Shown here: in pieces, positions 22,688 through 33,687 of the stretch
Layout: each line of letters starts with the position of its first letter
Numbering within the stretch: the first letter of the stretch is position 1
Assembly (NCBI GenBank): GCA_008632985.1
Contig: QPGO01000030.1
Location: 62,001 to 126,000 of the forward strand
DNA length: 64,000 nucleotides
Direction: 5' to 3'
Origin: Psammoneis japonica
Lineage: Eukaryota
Notes under the pieces: model-generated
The model's database searches: none
Told to the model about the DNA's origin: nothing
The model's input: only the letters and a program-made list of their open reading frames with translations
Program-made: the position numbers and the translations under genes

Positions 22688-24391
22688 AAATCTAGTTTTC
22701 AGCACTCGCTCAATTCAGTTCGCTAAGGGCGGGATCATTCTACGATTCCAAGTATTGTGCTGTGCATTCCAACTAGCTAAAGTAGTGACGGTGCATGATT
22801 AATATTGCTCTATACTTTCCCCTCGTGACTAACTAGTACTATGCGTCCAAGATGCTAATCGAGACTCCCAACCGCTTCGGTTGCATTCTCTCCCACTTGC
22901 AGGGTTGAGATTCGTAAAAAGCACAAAACAGTTTCAATCCGCTCGGACACGTCGTCTACTCTTTTCCAAAAATTGTCAATGACTTCTTTCACAGAAATGG
23001 GTTCTAAAAGCCGCGAAAACGTCTTGATGTCTTTCATGACGGCAGCCTGAATGTCGTCGATTCTCTTCGAACAATTGTCAAGCGTCGACTCGAATTCGTC
23101 GGGCTTCCGAAACAACATAGCAGTCGTCTTGCCTCCTTGCAAAACGCTGGTTTGAAGCAACTCCGACAAGTCTTGGATTCTCTTCCACCAATTGTGCTCC
23201 CTCAACCCTAAGTCGCCGATCGTCGACAAGGTCTTCTGTCCAAGCGACGCAGCAGTCGTCCTGAATCCTTGCGAGACGCTAGTCTGAACCCACTTTGACA
23301 CTTCTTCAACTCTCTTCCACCAATTGCTCGGCCCGAACTCGGTATCATCGGGCTTCCACAAAGTTGGTTTCTGAAGTTGCGTAGTAGTCGTATTGCGCAA
23401 TTGCAAAACGGTCGCTTGAGTCTGCAATTCCGTGACAAAGCGTGTCGACATGTCGTCTACAAGGTTCCAAATACGATGCATTCCTGACTTGATATCCAAA
23501 AGAGCCGTGTTGAACGTGTCTGATGCCATTTCCGACTTGATTTCCCAAACAGTTTCCAAAAAAGTGCTGGTCTTGAGTGACGATGCTGTTGGTTCTCGAA
23601 GCGGAGTGTTGTTGTGGAAGATTTGCGGGAGACTGGCGGCGTTGGAGTCCCCATTGTCATTCTCAAAATAGACGCAAAACGTGTTTGAAGCTTCCACTGG
23701 TACAATCGTGGGGGTCGTGTTACGAAGGAGTTGTTGGACCCAGCTGTTGGGCGACTCGGCGTCGTCAAACGAAACGCAGAAGCTCGAGTCGACGAGAGTG
23801 TCATCAAAGGGCGTAGTGCTGGGAGCGGCGTTGCTGACGATATTGTGGTAATTGTTGGAGACGCTTTCGATATCCACGGGAGTGATCGCTGCCATAAACT
23901 TGCCTTGGATGTCTTTACGAATCGTTGCAATAGTCTCGGTCGCCTTGATCGCAAACGAGCTTGCACCGCGCTTTGCAGCGTTGACAAGCGAGGCAGGAAG
24001 AGGGTTAGCGACGGCACCAGTGCTCATGGTAGAGACAACGGCCGTGAAGAAGAGGATGCTATGAATAACTTTCATGGTTGACCTGTGAACCAGAAGCGAT
24101 TCTGAAAATTATGACGACTTGACCGAGAAGAGAGATTCTTCGGTGCGCCTCTCATCAGTCTTTAGTACAAAAGTCTCGTAGAAAGTACGTACCGTGCGAA
24201 CCTCGAAGAAGGGGCATTCCCGTGGAAAAAGCAAGTTTTGTAATCATGTGGCAATGGCACGGTTGCTGTATCGATTCGTTTTTCAAAACGTTTCAAACCA
24301 TCAACATCATGGTTGTGTTGGGCGTTGGTCGTTTGCGGCGCGTTTTTTTTCGCTCCTGTAGTCTTGCGTATCGACTTTAGTCATCCATGCT
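22688..24391 (-). repeat. Right arm of the inverted segmental duplication
   Basis: Reverse complement of about 16552-18252. Confidence 0.95.
22855..24075 (-). CDS. Hypothetical secreted/targeted protein (copy 2)
   Basis: 406 aa, near-identical to 16861-18081. Confidence 0.8.
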   Translation of the reverse strand: MKVIHSILFFTAVVSTMSTGAVANPLPASLVNAAKRGASSFAIKATETIATIRKDIQGKFMAAITPVDIESVSNNYHNIVSNAAPSTTPFDDTLVDSSFCVSFDDAESPNSWVQQLLRNTTPTIVPVEASNTFCVYFENDNGDSNAASLPQIFHNNTPLREPTASSLKTSTFLETVWEIKSEMASDTFNTALLDIKSGMHRIWNLVDDMSTRFVTELQTQATVLQLRNTTTTQLQKPTLWKPDDTEFGPSNWWKRVEEVSKWVQTSVSQGFRTTAASLGQKTLSTIGDLGLREHNWWKRIQDLSELLQTSVLQGGKTTAMLFRKPDEFESTLDNCSKRIDDIQAAVMKDIKTFSRLLEPISVKEVIDNFWKRVDDVSERIETVLCFLRISTLQVGENATEAVGSLD

Positions 24392-24652
24392 GATCCTTCA
24401 GATCGCGCGCAGCGCATGCATGCATGCATGGCAGCGCATGCGGCCATGGCACGGCAGCGCATGTTGGATGTCGGCATGCCGCACTTCCAACATTGACCTC
24501 TAGGACCTAGTGTTCGGTGTGTTTCGTTACGGTACGTTGCGACGACTTACTCTATCAACGCTTGCTAAGTAGACTCCTCCGCTTGAATGGTGATGCCACA
24601 ACGAGGCCATAGCTGTTATTGACTGTAAATCGTTTGTCTTTTCTAGCTAGTC

Positions 24653-25144
24653 ATGAACCATGATGGAAGCAGCCAAGATGAAGCCGCCGTGAACCCGGCC
24701 GAACTTCGTACGAAGATGAAAGAGTACGGAGCTTTTATCGAAACTCTTCACACCGAACTGACCAAGGCGGTGAAAGCAAGAGAAGAGATAGAAAAGCAAA
24801 TCACAGAATATCAACAGCTCAGCAACAAGTTGGTCGCACTGGAGAAACGAAGAAGTCCGTCACTAGAATCGTTGGTGAGCCTTGGTCACGATCTGGCCTA
24901 CTGTCGTGCTGTGATTGACGACACGGCCATGGTTTGTGTTCATGTCGGAATGGGGTTTCACGCGGAATTTGCTCTAGACGAAGCTGTGGCATTCATTCAA
25001 CAGAGGCGTCTTCCTTTTCTAGAAGAAGTGCGCTTGAACCGAGCCGAAAAAGCCAGAACTGTGGCATCCCATCTCGAATCCGCGCTCGTCATTTTGGATG
25101 CACTGGCGAATGATCTCCGTGAAAGAGAAACTGACCAGCATTGA
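24653..25144 (+). CDS. Prefoldin alpha-type subunit (UXT-like)
   Basis: Coiled coil / beta hairpin (LVSLGHDLAYCRAVI..VCVHVGMGFHAEFALDEAVAFI) / coiled coil. Confidence 0.85.
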   Translation: MNHDGSSQDEAAVNPAELRTKMKEYGAFIETLHTELTKAVKAREEIEKQITEYQQLSNKLVALEKRRSPSLESLVSLGHDLAYCRAVIDDTAMVCVHVGMGFHAEFALDEAVAFIQQRRLPFLEEVRLNRAEKARTVASHLESALVILDALANDLRERETDQH

Positions 25145-25699
25145 TAACCTCGGATGTCCATGTGTGTGGCGAGGCTTCACATTGATGAAAACGTAGGTTG
25201 TCAACATTGGGAGGACGGCTGAAGAGAATTTGTTTGCTCGCAAGAAAATTGAAAGTCTGGGATTTTCCGACAGTCTACTTTAGAGTATGTTTTTAAGTAC
25301 AGTCGATGACAATCCAACCGCTCCAACGTTAGGATTACAATTCCTATAGTAATGTGTGACTCGTCTCAGTCGTTGGCATCCAGAAGCTGTTTTTGCTTTG
25401 ACTTCCGTACAAGCGTTCGAGCGGACTTTTTATATGTTTTGCGGGAAACCCATCGAGTAGGCATCTCTAACGTGGTTCGTATTTCTATGCAATCTTCGTC
25501 TTCGAAGCTTCCGGACGATGAGGAGTGGGCGAGCGTGTCGGTTAAAAACAACGGCAATGCCTTTCATTGTTTGGCAACAACAAAGAATGCAAGAAATCGC
25601 GAAAGTTATAAAGATCTGACATTGGGTTCGTAGGAAAAAACGCGTTGAGTGACCTTAGTTCCATTCCATTCCATTCGTCCTGTCGAAACTCGCACAATG

Positions 25700-28600
25700 A
25701 AGTCTTTGCAAGTCAACCCCGTGGACTGTCAGCTCTTGTTTTGTCCATTTGGTGGAGGCGAACTAAAGATCTGGTGCAGCTTGCCAACATCAACGCTTGG
25801 GAGAAATAAAAAATGAAAGCATGAGCTGCGGCTTGAAGAAAAGGCATCGAGAACCTGCGTGATCATGGTGTGTCGAAAGGTGGCATGGGTGCCAAAACAA
25901 TGTGACTCATCAATTTTGTGAAACATGTTGTGCCAGGGGGGGCATGAACCCAATCACTGCCAGAGCTCAGCATTCTTGAGTGGTTGTCATGACGTTTTGT
26001 GGCAAATCTGTCACTCTGATGAGATGAGTGGCACCTCTGCTTCTTTTGCGGATGGTGCCACCTGAAGAGATGGTGTGCTGTAGAAAAGTGTTTCAGTGCT
26101 GCTTCTGGGCCTCTTGAAGACAGAATTGCAAATGCCCACATCTCTCCAGTGGTCTCTGACTGATGAAGAATGCCAGCCTGCAAAGGGCCATCTAACAAGT
26201 GCTCATTGCAATGAGTGGCTTTGGCCACTGCAGCTTCCACTGGCAACAACAACAAAAAAGGTGCTTCATCCACTGCTTGCAACACTCAATGTGCCAAACC
26301 ACATTGAACACACCCTGTTTCAACACAAAACAGCCCTGTTGTGGTTCCTCATGATGTTGGTGGGGCATTGTGAACAACAAGTTGCTGAACACACAACAAC
26401 TCCCTCAAACAAAGATGCACTGCCACAGGGCTGGTGGGAACATTTCTTGTTTGGGAGAAGAGCCCTCTGGTTGTTCCTGGTTGGCTCAAGCCATCACAAT
26501 TTTTTCCTCATTTGGCATGAGAAAAAAATTAGTGTCTCACCTTCTTTGAGCACTGCATTTGTTCATCCCAAGGTGATTTGCTTTGCACTTTGCTCTCACC
26601 TGTTGCTGTTCCTCCAACTCACATGCTCAGGTGCACAAGGAGCACCATTTCTCCCTTGTTTGTAATGCTTTCAATGTCAAGGGTGGGGCAAATGCCAGAG
26701 GAGAGTGTGAGCATTCCATCTTGTCTCACAATCCTTTAAAAAAGTTTCTGTCTTGCCCCCTCATTGTCAGCAGTGGACTCTGCTCTCAATGATGACATCA
26801 TGCAGAGAGACATGTTGAGAAAAGCACTTGTGGGCTCAAACAACACTTGGATTTGCCAACCAGTCTTGGCTGCTGCTTCCTCAAAAGTCATCAATGCCAG
26901 TTGCTTTTTGTGCTCAAAATTGGCTGCTGGGCCAGTCCATGACTTCTCAACAAAGCTTTGACTCCAAAAAGTCAGCCACCCGCTCTTGGTCAACCCGGCT
27001 CTTGTGGCCATCACAGCCAACATTGTCATCTCCCTTGAGATCACTGTGCCATCACATGGAACAAAAATGTGTTCAGTTGGAGTTTTTGTGCCTCTGTTGA
27101 CAAAAATGTTGTTGCCAAAGAGCTTGCTCCATGCTGCAGAAGAGTCAAACTTAGAAAGCTTTGCTTGGCCCAGGGGGGCACTGTGGTGAGCCAATTGTCA
27201 AGAGCAACAGCAACATGACATGCTGGCAAGGCAGTGGCAAGCATGTTTGGTTTGGCACTCATGTGGGTGTTCAAACATGGCAATCAGATGCTGCATTGTG
27301 TGAGCCAGCTGAGCAGCTTCCCCGGGCATTTGCCATTTTCTTGTTTGGCACATGCACAGGGGAGCAACAACTCTGGCTGTGCAACAGTTGTGAAACTCAG
27401 CGTGATGCCAATGACTTTGGGCAAAAACGTTGCAAGTGCTCCCAAGAACCAGCTTCAGGGTTGAGTGCACTGTGGTTGAACAAACACAGTGGTGTGTGTG
27501 GAGCAGTGGAAAGCAGCCACGGGGCTCCACATCAACAACTTCTCACCAACAGACAGCTGTGTGGATCATCACAGCATGGGCTGCAGCAGACGTGGCAGGC
27601 AGCTGCAATGTTTTGCTTCACAACTCCTCCTTGTGGCAGTCCTTTGGGTTGGAGTTCCCAGTCATGGTGAGGCTTGTCTCTTTTTTGGGGCGCCCCTCAA
27701 GCAAATTTGTTGCACAGCCACTGGAACGGTGCATGGCTGACACAGTGCAAAAGGTGGGAACCTCGGTGGTGCACAACACTCCTGTGCCCTGCAAACAAAG
27801 GGTCGTGAAAGCCAAGATGCTTTTAAAATGGGCCAACAAAGTTGCTGTTGCAGCATGGCAAAATGGAAAGAGGGGCGCCAGAGACCAAAATGACCAAGCA
27901 GCGCAGTGTGACTTTTGGAGTGGTGGCCTGGGGGCCAGCAGTGCTGTGAAAAGTGGCCTTGTTGAGCAAAAACAAGATGCTCTTGAGGTGAGCCAGCATC
28001 ATCTCTCAGCACACAGCAGTCACACAGCTCTTTTGGTGGTGGACAAATGAGACATCACAGCTGAGTCTCTGACTCTGTTCAACCTGAAGGCGCGCAGTTT
28101 GTCCGGGGCAGAATTTGGCATCAGGATGAGGGCATGGAAGCTGATCAGATGCTGAGTCACCACCACACCTTGAGAACATCCCATCTGTGTTTGAGACCAC
28201 ATTTTTTGTCGCTGCTCACTCAGCGATGGAGAGGTGACATGTCTGAGGGGTGTTGCCAAGGGCAGCACACTCCCACTCATTCAATGCCGAGGAGGTTGCA
28301 TCATTGAAGAACTTGAGAGCCATGCTGCAGCAATTCAGAGTTGGTCAAATGTGATCACTTGGAGAAATCTGCTCCAACAGCAGCATGAGCAGTTCTCTTG
28401 GTGGTGTTTTTGAGAAGTGTGCGCCGGGAGACACACCCACTCTCCAGCACCGCTTGCAAAGAAAGCTCTGGGGAGTGTGCTGGTGTGGATCACAAGTGGC
28501 AGTTGTCAACAGACTAAGCTTGCAAATTGTGAGACTGCACGGAAGTGTCCTGAGAAGGTGCAAGTGTCCTGGAAAGACACTTCTCACCCCAATCAACAAA

Positions 28601-28750
28601 AGCGCAATTTTTTCACAGCTCGACAGCAACTCCCAAATGATCAGCACACCGCCAAACAAAGTCACAAATGGCATCTTCAATGGAAGGACACGGCGACAAT
28701 TAGAACAAACAGTTTTTCCCAGAACGGAAGAACAGACTAAAAGCAGCCAC
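25700..28750. other. TpA/CpG-depleted hypermutated block (unidentified repeat plus a gene-fragment remnant)
   Basis: Only about a dozen TA in 3 kb by eye; six-frame ORFs essentially lack Tyr. Confidence 0.85.
28165..28320 (-). pseudogene. Degenerate inverted copy of the 5' end of the gene at 28938
   Basis: Translates to LKFFNDATSSALNEWECAA...SPSLSEQRQK versus LMFFNDATSALNEWEYTA...PPSLSEHRQK in the intact gene; frameshifted. Confidence 0.85.
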
Positions 28751-28937
28751 ACATCCACATCCATCATGCATTCAACATTCGAATTCAAACGGAACTTTGC
28801 TCGTGACTGAAACGCAAACACGAATCACCGGCGGTGAGCGAGCGATAATGCCGCCGCCATGGCGTGTGATGGCGTGGTTATTCTCATTTTCCACTTCCCC
28901 CCTTTTTGAGTGTTGACCTTGAGTAGCTGCCACGGCC

Positions 28938-30107
28938 ATGACAATTCCAGATAATCTGATCCTCATGTTCTTTAACGATGCAACCTCAGCGTTAAACGAG
29001 TGGGAGTATACTGCCCCCGACGACGCCTCAGAGTTCGTGACACCTCCATCACTGAGTGAGCATCGACAGAAATTATTGGGTGTACAGCGTTCCTGCCTGC
29101 AACGAGTCGTGTCAGACTATTGTAAGGAAAATGATACAGCTATTTCAATGGAGGAAGCACAAAGCAGGTTGCGAGATTTAAGTGGTACTGACAATATCAA
29201 ACTGAAGGATGCAATGGACCGTATGAACGATTCCGCACGTCTTGCATTTTGTCGCGTCGTTTTGGATGCCGAATGTATCTATGAAGCTCTGAGTAGCACG
29301 AAGGAGCGACGATTGGCTTGCAAGAACAGCGATGATGGACCCATTGAGCGGTCTGCGATTCTCGAATTTTGTGGTCTTTGCAATGCGGCGGTACGACTGG
29401 AGCATGTACAAATTTACCTCCAGGGTGGAAATTCGTCTCCTCTATTGAATGACTGCACACTTGGCGTTGATAGGTCAGAAATAGGATCTTCAATAGACCT
29501 ATCTCAGAGACGACTCGAAAGAATCCAGCAGCTGCTCTTTCGAGCCATTGGTTATGATCCCGAACATGCAGCATCAGAGATTCGACGAATGGGCGCAGGC
29601 TATTACGAAAACGATATTGAGCTACACGAAGCAGTTGCAAAATGCCTTTCCAACATGACGGTAGCAGCTACAAATGCCTCGATTCAACAACCCGCAGAGA
29701 AGCTTTCTGATCATGACAGTGGGGGCGTTACCCGTGTTGTATCAGTCCAGTATTCTGAGCAGATTGTAGATTCGGCTGGTTCTGTCTCAATTGGTGCACC
29801 TCAATCAGAATCTATCCAAGAGCAAGTGGATGAGCAGCAACGACGAGATCTTTTACTTGCCCGCCAAGCAGCTTCCTTACAGCAAGAAATATTGGAAGAA
29901 ATCCTCACCATGAGCGAGCAAGAACGAGATGCGAACCTCCAAGTGGCGAGAGAAGCTCATGATGCGTTTCTGAAAGGAGCATTAGAGATACCCGCCGGTC
30001 CGCAACGGGTTGATTACCTTCGTTCGGTCAATTCTAAGACTCAGAGGCTACTTTTAATTCACAAGCTGTGGGGAAGTTTGGCAGAAAATGGGCAGGAGAA
30101 GCACTAA
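28938..30107 (+). CDS. Hypothetical helical protein (389 aa)
   Basis: Long intact ORF with normal composition. Confidence 0.8.
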   Translation: MTIPDNLILMFFNDATSALNEWEYTAPDDASEFVTPPSLSEHRQKLLGVQRSCLQRVVSDYCKENDTAISMEEAQSRLRDLSGTDNIKLKDAMDRMNDSARLAFCRVVLDAECIYEALSSTKERRLACKNSDDGPIERSAILEFCGLCNAAVRLEHVQIYLQGGNSSPLLNDCTLGVDRSEIGSSIDLSQRRLERIQQLLFRAIGYDPEHAASEIRRMGAGYYENDIELHEAVAKCLSNMTVAATNASIQQPAEKLSDHDSGGVTRVVSVQYSEQIVDSAGSVSIGAPQSESIQEQVDEQQRRDLLLARQAASLQQEILEEILTMSEQERDANLQVAREAHDAFLKGALEIPAGPQRVDYLRSVNSKTQRLLLIHKLWGSLAENGQEKH

Positions 30108-30482
30108 GTGTCTTAGTTTTTATGAATCATGTAAAAAAGGATATGCGGAAGCGTGATACTGAGCCTGTGTGATAAGCACAGAAGACGGGCTGGAGGCCCT
30201 TACAACGGAATGTGTGTAAATGACTGAAATGGTGTTCGCTGTCTTCGTCTGTCGCGCCTTCATCACCCAATTCTAGTCTATAGTACATAATTGTTTTCTC
30301 CCCTTCGAAGGAAATACGCTCTTAGTCGCGAGTGGCTTCGGGTTTGCTAATGTACTATTTCAACACGCGACGACTCTTTCTGGCTTCCCCTGCCTCCTCT
30401 TCAGATCTTTCCTTCGTCAAGTGGACGCTCTCTGTCAACGACATGGTGAGAGCTGAACAAGGATTCTTGCGCGAAAAGGGTA

Positions 30483-30712
30483 CATGCACTGTGAGCAGAG
30501 CAATTGGTGAGGATTGGAGTTCCAGAACGTTGGAGCTCAGCCGAATTCATGTGACATGAGAACACGCTCTCAATCATGCTCACACCGTCATCCTCGTGTT
30601 CCTTTCATGCACTGTGAGCAGAGAAATTGGTGAGGATTGCAGTTCCAGAACGTTGGAGCTCAGCCGAATTCATGTGATTTGAGATGATGTTCTCAATCAT
30701 CCTCACACCGCC
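30483..30712 (-). repeat. Tandem duplication, 123-bp period, at the 3' end of the DEP-ARM gene
   Basis: 30483-30589 matches 30606-30712 (HMNSAELQRSGT.ILTN.SAHSA twice). Confidence 0.9.
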
Positions 30713-33328
30713 ACTCTTCTCTATTTCAAACCAGCACTCAAAGTCTACAGAGAGTGCCTCCAGAGCTTGGAACCCACTGCTCAAGACCGCTATGTCATTG
30801 CTGTGATGTTGGATTGCATTGAGAATAGTGCAGCATCCACCGCAGCCAATGATCTCACTTCGAAACTCGACACTCTCCCCGTTACTTGCTATGGCACCAA
30901 TTGCAGCGCACCCGTGCTCTTGGACTTCGGAACTCTTTAAATGGCATTTCATCGCCCATACCACATTCAACAACAATGATCGCTTTTCACTGTTGCGCCT
31001 CTGCTGGGTCATATCCCGCAACGAACGAAGCGCACACGATATGCTTTTCTCGGATGAGCGACAGTCAGTCAGAATTTCCTTTGCTTGTTCAAGACTCATG
31101 CTCGGCAATGACGACGACGACGAAGAAGAAGCCGACGTTGTCGATTCTACAGTGACTCGTTCCATAAAAGATTGCTCCAAGGACTGTTGTTGCGCGCGCG
31201 ACATTTCAAGGTAATGTAATACAGTGTCCGCATTCCCTTGACATTCTTTGTTGGAAAAGCTATCCGCCGCCTTTGTCAACACCGCAACCACGCCACTGCA
31301 CTTTGCAAGCGTCTCCACATTCTTTTCCTCAAACATGTAATTCTTCAAAGCAAAGCACGCCGCCGAGACAACCAACTCGCTCGCCGGATGAGCAACCATG
31401 GCGCCGACAATAGCATCAATTTCTTCCCTTGACGCAATCGTCACGTATTGGTTCTCTATGTCCACTGCCGAGTTGGACAAAAAGGCAATACCGTCTCTTT
31501 GGATCGCCATTGCTTGCGCCACGGTAAGATTCCCATTCAATTCATGCACTGTACTGCGTACCTCTTGGAGCGAAGAAAACGTCCGAAGCGCTCCCACCGC
31601 GGCTTGTATCACTTTGGCATTCCCTGCGTGTTCCCTTGCAGCTCTCAGTATCAACTCCACTGCTCCAAGAGTTGAGATCTTTGCGCGATTGCTCTTGTCC
31701 AGTGACAGAGACCATAGCACCCTGCACGCTTCTTCTTGCACTCGTGACGAGCTCAGTAGAGTCTCCATGGCCTTGATGATGTCTTTTGGCGCACTGCAGG
31801 ACATTATGCTTGCAATGTATTCACTCTTCTTCTCGTTGTCAGATTTGCACACGTGAAAAAAGACGCCGAGACAATACACGACAACGGGTGCGGCACGAGA
31901 GTGCGTCGTCATGGCGCTCACCAAAACATCCACAACCACTGAACAATCCCCACACGTCATGACTTGCGGCACAAGAGACTTGAGGTCACGAATCGTGGCT
32001 TCCGTATTCTCCCCTCCGTTCCCTTGAGAACCTTCGAGAGACGATGCGTCGACACTACTGCTTCTTGATTGACAAGAGTGCTGCCGCGACAAGGGGCGAT
32101 ATTCCGTTTCTGGTGACTCGCCGTAGCGAAGAGAGGCAGCTGGGATTGAATTCGCTGCACTGGAAACCTCGCCGTATCGCCTTGTCGATCGAGGTCGTGC
32201 AGAAGAATGACCTCGTTTGGACGATGTCGATACTACTCTAATACCCATGCTGTCCGTAGTAGAATGGCTAGATACCGACTGATCCTCATGAATACTGGTG
32301 GAAGTAACTTGCGCAGCACATCCGCTTGCATCTTTTGAATGGTCTCTTTCCAAAAAGCTGTCCAGCTCAGAGCATGATGGATCAAACCGAGAGGACGAAC
32401 CATTTCCAGACTCACTCAAATCAGTGGACGCACGCAAGCTATCATCCTCCCTTGCAACATTTCTTCTTTTCTTTCTTCGACTCTTGCGAGCACCCACTTG
32501 TGGATGACACTGCAAACAACAGCCATGAAGGCTCTCACCCTCGACCGAAAGTGGGATAGAGGTGCGGCTCAGGGGATTGATTCTGCTTCGGCGCACGTCA
32601 TAAAGACGTACCGGATCGCCTGGGCACTCGGGACAATACCCCAGTCGAATGCGTTTTTCTCGAATTTCTTGTCGGGAGAGCACCGACCCGTCCCTGTCCA
32701 AGCACATGTCTCTGTAATTCAATCCAAGAGACGAGCTGCTGCTGCTCATGCCGTTGTGAGACGATGAGTTTTGAATTCGTTCGGATGAATGTCTCGACAG
32801 AAAGCGGTAAAAGTAGTACCCGTCTTCGAATGGGTGTTGTCGAGTCACGTGCTCAAATAGATCGTATTCCTCCGCCATGGCACGACCCAACCGGACCGCC
32901 TCTGTTCGACTAGAGGCCATGTTGTTGTGGAGCATAAAATCCACTGCTTCGCTGCCGACAAAACATGACTTGTAAGTTCTCGCGTGGTATCGACGGTCAC
33001 TCACGACAATACCATCTCGAAATTCGGCACATTCATCCCAGAGTGGTCGTCGTCGTTCCGTCTCGTGTGACGACGAAGTACGTAATGACGACCCACGACT
33101 CTTGGATGAGACGGGCACACACTCGGCTGTAATAATTTCATCATGCTCTGTATTGTTGTTGCTCCTCCTTTCAGATGATCTACGTCTATCGGAACCATTC
33201 GAAGAAGAGACGGGGGCACACTGAGCTGTAATCATGGTTGCACAATGGAAGCGTTGTACGGTATGTTGCTGCTTCTTGTGGAGCTGATGTTTGGGTGCCG
33301 CCATTCTATCCGCTTTCGCTTCATTCAT
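30605..33328 (-). CDS. DEP-domain + armadillo-repeat protein
   Basis: DRRYHARTYKSCFVGSEAVDFM...FEHV..HPFEDGYYFYRF (DEP domain); multiple VQEEAC/VQEHGC ARM-type repeats. Confidence 0.88.
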   Translation of the reverse strand: MNEAKADRMAAPKHQLHKKQQHTVQRFHCATMITAQCAPVSSSNGSDRRRSSERRSNNNTEHDEIITAECVPVSSKSRGSSLRTSSSHETERRRPLWDECAEFRDGIVVSDRRYHARTYKSCFVGSEAVDFMLHNNMASSRTEAVRLGRAMAEEYDLFEHVTRQHPFEDGYYFYRFLSRHSSERIQNSSSHNGMSSSSSSLGLNYRDMCLDRDGSVLSRQEIREKRIRLGYCPECPGDPVRLYDVRRSRINPLSRTSIPLSVEGESLHGCCLQCHPQVGARKSRRKKRRNVAREDDSLRASTDLSESGNGSSSRFDPSCSELDSFLERDHSKDASGCAAQVTSTSIHEDQSVSSHSTTDSMGIRVVSTSSKRGHSSARPRSTRRYGEVSSAANSIPAASLRYGESPETEYRPLSRQHSCQSRSSSVDASSLEGSQGNGGENTEATIRDLKSLVPQVMTCGDCSVVVDVLVSAMTTHSRAAPVVVYCLGVFFHVCKSDNEKKSEYIASIMSCSAPKDIIKAMETLLSSSRVQEEACRVLWSLSLDKSNRAKISTLGAVELILRAAREHAGNAKVIQAAVGALRTFSSLQEVRSTVHELNGNLTVAQAMAIQRDGIAFLSNSAVDIENQYVTIASREEIDAIVGAMVAHPASELVVSAACFALKNYMFEEKNVETLAKCSGVVAVLTKAADSFSNKECQGNADTVLHYLEMSRAQQQSLEQSFMERVTVESTTSASSSSSSSLPSMSLEQAKEILTDCRSSEKSISCALRSLRDMTQQRRNSEKRSLLLNVVWAMKCHLKSSEVQEHGCAAIGAIASNGESVEFRSEIIGCGGCCTILNAIQHHSNDIAVLSSGFQALEALSVDFECWFEIEKSGGVRMIENIISNHMNSAELQRSGTAILTNFSAHSA

Positions 33329-33687
33329 CACGCAAGTTCATGTCTCTTGACACATTTTTTGTCTGGAGGGTAAAACGACGTTAACATAATAATTACATGG
33401 ATACTTTGTATTTTCTTATTTAACACGTTGCAGCAGTACGACAAAAAATCCGTAATATTCGGGATTAAACCTATATATATTAATAACTAACTTCATTGAT
33501 TAATACTTCTCCCGAATTCGTCAGGTGGCAGCAGAACTTCGAAATTTCCGAGCAGGCAACTTCAACATAAATCGCCACAACCAAGAGCAGACCCAAGACG
33601 CACGCCTTTGTTGACAACAAGACACCACAAAGTCGGGGCAATGTATTATATAGGCTAACCGCATTAATGAACACGTAAGTCATCATC

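Noticed and set aside
25352..25633. Small ORFs between prefoldin and the depleted block
   Set aside because: No recognisable homology or clear gene structure.
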